DNA from: Octopus sinensis | Taxonomy: Eukaryota | Length of the DNA: 7,208 nt | Direction of reading: 5' to 3' | Assembly: GCF_006345805.1 (NCBI RefSeq) | Contig: NW_021828925.1 | Coordinates: 1 to 7,208 of the forward strand | Part shown: positions 1 through 7,173 of the stretch, piece after piece | Numbering within the stretch: the stretch's first letter is position 1 | How the letters are laid out: each line of letters opens with the position of its first letter | Position numbers and translations under genes: made by a program | Notes under the pieces: generated by a model | The model's input: the letters and a program-made list of their open reading frames with translations, nothing else | What the model was told of the DNA's origin: nothing | Database searches by the model: none

Positions 1-7
1 CGCCACC

Positions 8-17
8 TTAATGATAA

Positions 18-49
<32 letters not shown>

Positions 50-113
50 ATAATAATAATAATAATATAAATAATAATAATAATAATTAATAATAATGAT
101 GATGATGATGATG
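8..113. repeat. Compound (AAT)n-(GAT)n microsatellite
   Basis: Seen directly: imperfect AAT run grading into GAT repeats. Confidence 0.95.
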
Positions 114-361
114 AAAGTTTTTTTTAAATATAAACCCTGAGCGATTATCTCCCCTGAAAGGGAAACTACACCCTCTCTTTTGTTTCTTATAAACTCTCTT
201 TCTGGTCCCTCTTTTACTGCGAATGCAACTGTAGGTGGCAGCACCAACAGTCGCAAGTTAAATTTCCCACGTCAATCTTTGGACTTATAATCGAATCATT
301 TATGAAGTTATTTTAAGCAACGAAAGAATGTCTTCATCATCACAAGACACATAAGACATAA

Positions 362-535
362 TAGCTAATTCTCCCTCAGGATCAAACCATACCGTCATAG
401 AAAGGGAGAAAAACATGTTCCATAATCATGGTCTTCGATGCAGAAAATTTTCCTGATGGTCACGATTGGAGTCTATTTGATCATGATTCTACACTATCAG
501 GTTTAATATGGCGGCGTACCTAAACGATAACGACG
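362..535 (+). mobile_element. Possible degenerate remnant of an interspersed repeat (octopus-type, family unassigned)
   Basis: Segments TAATTCTCCCTCA...ACCGTC...GATGGTCACG...TTTGATCAT...CTAAAC, followed by a GAC/AAC-type tail, loosely resemble a repeat I recall from octopus genomic DNA. Recall only, not aligned. Confidence 0.3.
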
Positions 536-839
536 ATGACGAAAATAGCAGAAACGACAACAACCAAAGCACAACTGCGGCTGATTTTCATTTATTAACA
601 ATTGCAATTAATGTTGTTAATTAGCCAATATCGTTTAATCTGTCTTTAAATGTTGGAGGAAATGTTACAGAATTTGAAGTGGTTAATTGTTGCCAACGTC
701 ACATTGCGTTTCATGTTGGAATCTAAGGCAGAAACATTACCAAAGGCAGCATTACAATCATCATCATTAGCATCATCATTAGCATCGGTATAATTGTCAT
801 CATCGTCATCTACATCCTCGAAGCCATTAACTACTTTGC

Positions 840-1327
840 CTTCATTTTCTTCTGCATAATCATCTTCTCTCCTCTTCCGCCTCCCTCACCTTTTTCTTTT
901 TTTCAACATTATCTTCTTCTTCTACTTCTTCTTCTTCTTCTTCTTTTTCTCCATCATCATTATCTTCTTCTACTTCTTTGTTCTTTTTCCCCATCTTTTT
1001 CTTCTACTACTTCTCCTTCACATTCTTCTTCTACTACTTCTATTTCTTCTTCGTCTTTTTCTTCTTTTTCTCTCCATCATTTTCTTCTACTACTTCTCCT
1101 TCTTCTATTTCTTCTTTGTCTTCTGCTTCTGCTTCATTTTCTTCTATTTCTTCTACTTCTATTTTTTTTCTTCTTCTTTATCTCATTCTTCACCTTCTCC
1201 TTCTTTTTCTTCTTCGTCTTTTTCTTCTTTTTCACCATCATTATCTTCTTTTCCTCCTTCCTCATTATCTTCTTCTTTTTGTCTTCTACTTCTGCCTCAC
1301 TTTCTTCTATTTCTCTTCTTCTTTTCT

Positions 1328-1359
<32 letters not shown>

Positions 1360-1460
1360 TTCTCTTCTTCTTCTTCTTCTTCTTCTTCTATTTCTTCTTC
1401 GTCTTTCTCTTCTTTTCCTCCTTCATTATTTCTTCTTTTTTGCCTTCTTCTTCTTCTTCA
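840..1460. repeat. Degenerate (TTC)n polypyrimidine low-complexity tract with internal duplicated sub-blocks
   Basis: Seen directly: TTC/CTT repeats with recurring variants TTCTACTACTTCTCCTTC and TTCTTCTTCGTCTTT. Confidence 0.95.
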
Positions 1461-1712
1461 TCGTCATCAAAAATATCATTAGCATCATCACCATCTCACA
1501 GTCACCATCATTATCATCGTCATCATCATCATCATCATTACCACCACTACCACCACCACCACCACCATGAGTATCGCTGGGCAAATTATCGGCATCATTG
1601 TACCATCGACTTCATTAACCTCCTCCTCATCATCATCATTATCATCATCACCATCATCATCATTATCATCATCATCATTATCAACATCATCACAATCATT
1701 ATCAACATCACG
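1458..1712. repeat. (CAT)n/(CAC)n microsatellite tracts with a short non-repetitive spacer (~1568-1620)
   Basis: Seen directly. Confidence 0.93.
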
Positions 1713-1721
1713 ATCGCTTTT

Positions 1722-1886
1722 ACACACGTGCTTCACACACACACATACACACACACGCTAAATCACGCACACGTGAACACACATTGTCATACCCACACAC
1801 GTAGATACGTGCACACACACATTGACACAAATAGGTACGTACATAAACATACATATTAACAAACACATACACACACACATGAACAC
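1722..1886. repeat. Degenerate (CA)n/(CATA)n microsatellite
   Basis: Seen directly. Confidence 0.9.
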
Positions 1887-1914
1887 AGTGAACTAATTCA
1901 CCACTCATCCAGTT

Positions 1915-2040
1915 ATTTCTTTCCTTCTTTCTCTCTTTCTTTCTTTCGTTATTTATTTATTTATTTATTTATTCATTATTCGTTTCCAACAGCGTCAATT
2001 AAATGTAAAACAACAACACCAACAGCAACAATAACAACAA
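1915..2040. repeat. (CTTT)-rich, (TTTA)n and (AAC)n short tracts
   Basis: TTTA run at about 1949-1973; AAC run at about 2008-2040. Confidence 0.85.
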
Positions 2041-2046
2041 CGCACA

Positions 2047-2165
2047 GACTTAGCTCTTCATCTTGCCGGGGATCGATGGAAAAAAGTACCAGTTGCGCAA
2101 TGGGGTCGTTGTGATTGATTAATCCCAGGCCTTGTGCCTGCACTAGAAAGTAATATTACTACTAC
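2047..2165 (+). mobile_element. 5'-truncated SINE-like element, copy 1 (resembles octopus tRNA-derived SINE body and tail)
   Basis: Collinear with 2194-2335 through GACTT, CGGGG(A)TCGATG, GTACCAGTT (2086-2094), TGGGGT and AGGCCTTGTGCC (2127-2138), then an AT/TAC tail. Matches my recall of an abundant octopus SINE (...TTTCATCCTTTCGGGGTCGATAAAATAAGTACCAGTT...GGCCTTGTGCC). Confidence 0.75.
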
Positions 2166-2167
2166 AA

Positions 2168-2335
2168 TCCTGAGTTCCAATACCACTGGGGCCGACTTCA
2201 CTTTCTATCCCTTTCGGGGTCGATGAAATGTGTACCAGTTATGCACTGGGGTTTAAGTAATCGACTTGCACTCTCATCCAACAATGGAGGCCTTGTGCCA
2301 AATTGTGACACGAATATCACTATTAATACTACTAC
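2168..2335 (+). mobile_element. 5'-truncated SINE-like element, copy 2, retaining a degenerate Pol III B-box
   Basis: GAGTTCCAATACC (2172-2184) is B-box-like. It is followed by CCTTTCGGGGTCGATG, GTACCAGTT (2232-2240), GTAATCGACTT, AGGCCTTGTGCC (2288-2299) and a TAC-type tail. Family assignment is by recall. Confidence 0.8.
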
Positions 2336-2355
2336 TGACACTAAAACTATTACTG

Positions 2356-2703
2356 CTCTCCTCTTCCTCCTCCCCACCTTTTTCTTTTTTTCAACATTAT
2401 CTTCTACTTCTTTTTTTTTTTTTTTGTTCTTTTCTTACCTTTTGTTCTTTTCTTACCTCTTGATCGAAAACCTACGCCACCCCTTTTTTTTGTTTCTTTT
2501 GTTTTTTGTTTTTTTCATCCCCCAAAAGAAAAGCTCTACCTTGTAACTTGTCCCATCTGTGTGCAGCCCTGTGTGGCCAATAAAGAAACTTATCTTCTAC
2601 TTCTTCTTCTTCGTCTTATTTTTCTCCTTCATCATTATCTTCTTCTTCTTCTACTTCTTTGTTCTTCTTTTTCTCCATCATTTTCTTCCACTGCTTCTCC
2701 TTC
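2356..2703 (+). repeat. Second copy of the 867-1019 TTC-rich block, interrupted by the 2411-2589 insert
   Basis: 867-917 vs 2356-2405 differ by 1 substitution and 1 indel. 909-1019 continues collinearly at 2590-2703 (shared CATCATTATCTTCTT, CTACTTCTTTGTTCTT, CTTCTCCTTC). Confidence 0.8.
2411..2589 (+). mobile_element. 179 bp insertion with target-site duplication, probably the 3' end of a 5'-truncated non-LTR retrotransposon
   Basis: Flanked by TTATCTTCTACTTC(TT) at 2397-2410(12) and 2590-2603(05). Ends in CAGCCCTGTGTGGCCAATAAAGAAAC with AATAAA at 2579-2584. Starts with a T15 run. The strand is inferred from AATAAA and from recalled similarity to an octopus LINE 3' end. Confidence 0.75.
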
Positions 2704-2877
2704 TGCTGCTGCTGTTTCTACTGTCGCTGCTGCTTCTGCTGTTGCTTTGAAAGAAATGTCAAGAACGAAATAAAAACCTTAAGGGTCCTCCTGTAAAGTC
2801 ATCGAGAAATTAGTGACAGAGATAATAGGCTTGATGTAGGAGGCACTTAACACCGTTACTGTGTTCTTTGATTGAGA

Positions 2878-3420
2878 CTATCTATCTATCCATCTATTCT
2901 ACTTCCTTTATATTTCTATCTATCTATCTAGCTAGCTAGCTAACTATCTTTCTATTTATCTATCTATCTATCTATCTATCTATTTACCTTCTTTATCTAT
3001 CTATCTATCTAGCTAGTAGCTAACTATCTTTCTTTCTTTCTATCTATCTATCTATCCATCTATTCTACTTCCTTTATCTTTCTATCTATCTATCTAGCTA
3101 GCTAGCTTTCTATCTTTCTATCTATCTATCTATCTATGTATCTATTTTTCCTTCTATCTATCTATCTACCTCCTTTAACTATCTGTCTATTTATCTCTCT
3201 GCCTGTCTGTCTATCGGTCTCCGTAGTCGCCTTTTTCTCTGCTTATCTCTCCAATTGTCTCTCTATCTATCTGTCTTTTTTCTTTTATCTTCTTGTGAAT
3301 GCAATACTTTCTCCATCTCCAACTTATATAGCTATATACTTATCCATATACGTATCTCTATCTTCTTACCTATCTATCTATATATCTATATATCTATCTA
3401 TCTATCTCGCCCTCTGCCTG

Positions 3421-3452
<32 letters not shown>

Positions 3453-3500
3453 ACTTTCTTTGTGTGTTTGCATCCATCAATCTATCTACCTATCTATCTA
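2878..3500. repeat. (TATC)n [GATA] tetranucleotide array, degenerate, with ~83 bp higher-order units in 2878-3121
   Basis: Seen directly. CCATCTATTCTACTTCCTTTAT occurs at 2890 and 3056. Confidence 0.93.
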
Positions 3501-3530
3501 TTTGCCTTGTTCTTCCTACCGTCAGCTTTC

Positions 3531-3577
3531 CATTATCATATCAACATCACCATCATCACTGCAACCGTCACCACCGC

Positions 3578-3619
<42 letters not shown>

Positions 3620-3628
3620 TATCAACAC

Positions 3629-3660
<32 letters not shown>

Positions 3661-3754
3661 ACACAATCATCATCATCATCATCATCATCATCGTCGTCCT
3701 CGTCATCATCATCATCATCATCATCAACACAATCATCATCATCATCATCAACAC

Positions 3755-3789
<35 letters not shown>

Positions 3790-3970
3790 ACACCGTCGTT
3801 TCCAAACCAACTATCCACGTTTTCATTACCATCATCGTTCTTAATCATGATTAACATCATTACTCACATCATCATTAACCATCATCATCATTATCAACAT
3901 CACCACCATCATCATCATCACTATAATCATTATGAACTTCGTTGTCGTCATCATCAACATCGTCACCACC
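3531..3970. repeat. Long (CAT)n microsatellite with periodic CAACAC interruptions
   Basis: Seen directly. Confidence 0.96.
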
Positions 3971-4126
3971 GCTACAGCGACTGCCACTCCACACTCTTCC
4001 GGTGTGCCGTTCTACCAATCCCAAAATCCTCTGTTCTATATTATTACCTTAATTTCCCTTTATTTCCATTATTTCTATATTATACACACCGCTGCTCACG
4101 CGGTTGTTGCAGTAGATGCTGTTTTC

Positions 4127-4175
4127 GGGGGTGGGGGTGGGAATATTGGTGGTGGTGGTGGTGGTGGTGTTGATG
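4127..4175. repeat. G-runs plus (GGT)7 microsatellite
   Basis: GGGGGTGGGGGTGGG at 4127-4141; GGT x7 at 4148-4168. Confidence 0.9.
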
Positions 4176-4227
4176 GTCTCACTGTTGCTGTTGAAGGCAT
4201 TTTAATTTCAATTATTCAATTATACCG

Positions 4228-4231
4228 CTCT

Positions 4232-4268
<37 letters not shown>

Positions 4269-4282
4269 CTACCTACCTACCC
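4228..4282. repeat. (CT)n followed by (CTAC)n microsatellite
   Basis: Seen directly. Confidence 0.93.
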
Positions 4283-4386
4283 CCCTATCTCCCTCTTACT
4301 ATTTCTTTTTATCTTTATCATACTATCTTATTCACTGCCTCGCATTCTCTCTTTCTGTGTCTCTTACTCTCCCTATTCCCCCGACA

Positions 4387-4430
4387 TGTATAGGTATGCA
4401 TGTATATATAATGTATAATTATATATATAC

Positions 4431-4470
<40 letters not shown>

Positions 4471-4532
4471 CATGCACACGTATAGATATACATATATATA
4501 TATCCACATACATACGTACTATATATATGTAT

Positions 4533-4586
<54 letters not shown>

Positions 4587-4709
4587 TAAAATGTATAATA
4601 TATATACATATATGTGTATATATAATAGTATATATACATATATATCATGTGTATATTATATGTATATATAATATATGTTTGTGTGTGTGTGCGTGTGTGT
4701 GTGCGTGTG

Positions 4710-4746
<37 letters not shown>
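4387..4746. repeat. (TA)n-rich tract followed by (TG)n with GC interruptions
   Basis: Pure AT run at about 4538-4582; TG run at 4680-4746. Confidence 0.95.
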
Positions 4747-4749
<3 letters not shown>

Positions 4750-4883
4750 GAAAAAAACAACGAGTAAGACATGCACACATACATTTTACTATTTCGGTCC
4801 TGCCATTAATTGTTTTTTTTTTTTATCTTGTTTTTTTTTTTTTTTGCCATTCTTGAAAGTCCAATTTTCTGGAACTTTTACTC

Positions 4884-4924
4884 ATTTATTCCGCCATCTT
4901 TCTATCAAAGATGGCGGAATAAAT
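4884..4924. other. Perfect 18 bp inverted repeat with 5 nt spacer; each arm carries a YY1-type motif
   Basis: ATTTATTCCGCCATCTTT (4884-4901), CTATC, AAAGATGGCGGAATAAAT (4907-4924). The arms are exact reverse complements. Function unknown. Confidence 0.9.
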
Positions 4925-5303
4925 TGAAGCAAGTCATGAAACGATGTGTAAAAGCAACAGTTTCATCAATCTGCATGTCTCGTAGACCAACGGAACATCT
5001 CAAACATTTCCTATAATTATAGTCTCACATATAATTAGTAACGGTGTTTATAATTCACAGTAGAGTAAAAAAAGAACAGAAAAAGAAAACAAATATTAGA
5101 AAACAAATACAAATAAATATAAAAACAAGCGCAATTTTTTTACGGTTTTTTTTTCGCTTTTTACTTTTTTTTTCTCGTCTCAAATTTATTTTTTATTTTA
5201 TTTATTATTTTTTTCGTTTTATGTATACTTGTTATCTTATTCAGTCTATAATATATTTTTTTCTTCAAATTAAAAATAATACCGACGTTTTTGTTCTTGA
5301 ATT

Positions 5304-5702
5304 TATATATATATATATATATATATATATGGTCGGGTGTATGCATTTGTGTGTGCAAGTGTGTGTGTGCAAGTGTCTATATAGATATATGTGTTTATAT
5401 ATATAGAGAGAGAGATATACATATATATTTGTATATATACGTATAAATACATGTATATCTAGGTTTATATCATATATAGGTATATTCATATATATATATC
5501 AATATACATGTATATATGTATGTATACATATATATATAAACATATATATATATATGTATGTATATGAATGCATATATATACATATAAATATATATACTTA
5601 AATATATATATACACATATATGTGTGTAGGCACATATGCATTTATATACTTATGCATGTATTCATACGAGTGTAGTGTGTGTGTGTCTGTGTGTGTGTGT
5701 AT
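5304..5702. repeat. Degenerate (TA)n/(TG)n/(TATG)n compound microsatellite
   Basis: Seen directly. Confidence 0.93.
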
Positions 5703-5741
5703 AGTCGACAAACTTTCCCTTCTGCTCTGACTTTACTGAAG

Positions 5742-5766
5742 TAACAACAACAAAAACAGCAACAGT

Positions 5767-5834
<68 letters not shown>

Positions 5835-5870
5835 ATTATAACATTAATAATAACATTAATAATAATGATA

Positions 5871-5916
<46 letters not shown>

Positions 5917-5951
5917 TGATGATGATGATGATGATAATAATAATAATAACA
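5742..5951. repeat. (AAC)-(AAT)n-(GAT)n-(AAT)n compound microsatellite with a short inverted (ATT)n segment
   Basis: Seen directly; the AAT-to-ATT flip is at about 5823. Confidence 0.95.
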
Positions 5952-6074
5952 ATCGTGAAACGCCATGCAAAATTTCTGGTAAATCTCACCCGTTCGTAAT
6001 TGTATAATAAGAATTGTCACAGTGAATTTCCGCTAATTCTTGCACTACGGCTAACCGTTTTGTTTTCCTTATCA

Positions 6075-6115
6075 TTGTTGTTGTTGCCGCTGATGATGAT
6101 GATGATGATGATGAC

Positions 6116-6150
<35 letters not shown>
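6075..6150. repeat. (GTT)n then (GAT)n microsatellite
   Basis: Seen directly. Confidence 0.95.
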
Positions 6151-6250
6151 GGATGTTCCTCTTGTTTTTGTTTAAACACATTTCGTCAGAATTCGACTAC
6201 GCCTCGGGCAACGGTTGATCTGCCTTTGCGATACAAAGTTACATTGTTCC

Positions 6251-6392
6251 ATACATGTACACGTATGAGTGTGTATGTGTGCATGTGTGTGTCCGTGTAT
6301 GTGTGAGTGTGTGCTCATATATATTTATTTACAATATATATATGTTACGTAGATATACATGTATGTATACAGGTATATATATATATATATAT
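6251..6392. repeat. Degenerate (TG)n/(TA)n tract
   Basis: Seen directly. Confidence 0.88.
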
Positions 6393-6526
6393 AACGGGAA
6401 GCTTTATGAAAATAAACAAAAGACGAAGGCAGGTGGAAAACAAACGAACAATTGTATTAGTATGGCGCTCAGGAAATATAAACAAAACAAGTCTTTAACG
6501 TTTCGAGCCTACGCTCTTCAACAGAA

Positions 6527-6862
6527 AGATACACAGAGAGAGAAAACCAGAAAGAGGAGAGAAAAAAAAGAGAGAGAGAAAAAAAAAATATATATATATA
6601 TATACATATTATATATGTATATATAATATTATTATTATATATGTATATATATATATATACACATATATATGCATATGTATTTATATATATATAGATAGAT
6701 AGATACGCACACACAAATACGCACATGCGTATTAATACGTAAATATATACATTTATATATATACATATATACATATATGTGCATGTATGTGTGTAAGAAT
6801 GTACGTATACAGACACGTATCGAATGATGTGCGTATATCTGTATGTGTATGCGCATACGTAG
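6527..6862. repeat. GA/A-rich tract followed by degenerate (TA)n/(TATG)n tract
   Basis: Seen directly. Confidence 0.9.
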
Positions 6863-7173
6863 ATCTCTGTGTTTCGGCATACCTCTTTGTAAAACAAGTG
6901 TATATTTTGTTAATACATTTTTGTTTTTCACACTCCCATAGTTTAACGGTTCCTTGTACAGATTACAATAAAAATGATACAACATACAACAATAAGAAGT
7001 GAGGGGGCGATAGTTTTTTTATCATGCACTGTGGGGTCTTTCCCAAAGCATGGTCCCGATCATATGACAGCTATCTCTAAAAGAACATCCTTATTTTAAA
7101 TCTAATTGTGTATACATGTCAATTAGGATACTGTTGACAGCAAAGGCGGGAACTTCTCATACTCTCATTGATA

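Noticed and set aside
978-1859. 293 aa ORF (poly-Phe/Ser/Leu/His/Ile)
   Set aside because: Translation of TTC, CAT and CA microsatellites, which lack stop codons. Non-ATG start and no domain.
2168-2200. tRNA gene suggested by the B-box-like sequence
   Set aside because: No A-box or cloverleaf; better explained as the truncated tRNA-derived head of a SINE.
2223-2546. 107 aa ATG-initiated ORF with a complex-looking N-terminus
   Set aside because: The N-terminus is SINE sequence and the rest runs through low-complexity DNA and the insertion.
2878-3800. CRISPR-like repeat-spacer array
   Set aside because: The 'spacers' are microsatellite runs rather than unique sequence, the context is eukaryotic and there are no cas genes.
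3255-4173. Overlapping poly-His, poly-Ser, poly-Ile, poly-Asp and poly-Met ORFs (apparent His-rich or acidic biomineral protein)
   Set aside because: Five frames are open over one (CAT)n array, the signature of a stop-free triplet repeat. No signal peptide, splice context or unique coding sequence.
4884-4940. Helitron 3' end or bacterial intrinsic terminator
   Set aside because: No CTRR terminus at the expected distance on either strand, no adjacent U-tract, and the context is not prokaryotic.
5010-5836. Short AT-rich palindromes (CTATAATTATAG at 5011-5022, (TA)n runs, AAT/ATT flip at about 5823)
   Set aside because: Expected by chance or by slippage in very AT-rich, microsatellite-rich DNA.
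4318-7002. Numerous YI/CV/HT-repeat ORFs and short AT-rich ORFs
   Set aside because: Mostly products of TA/TG dinucleotide repeats or A/T tracts, with no recognisable protein features.
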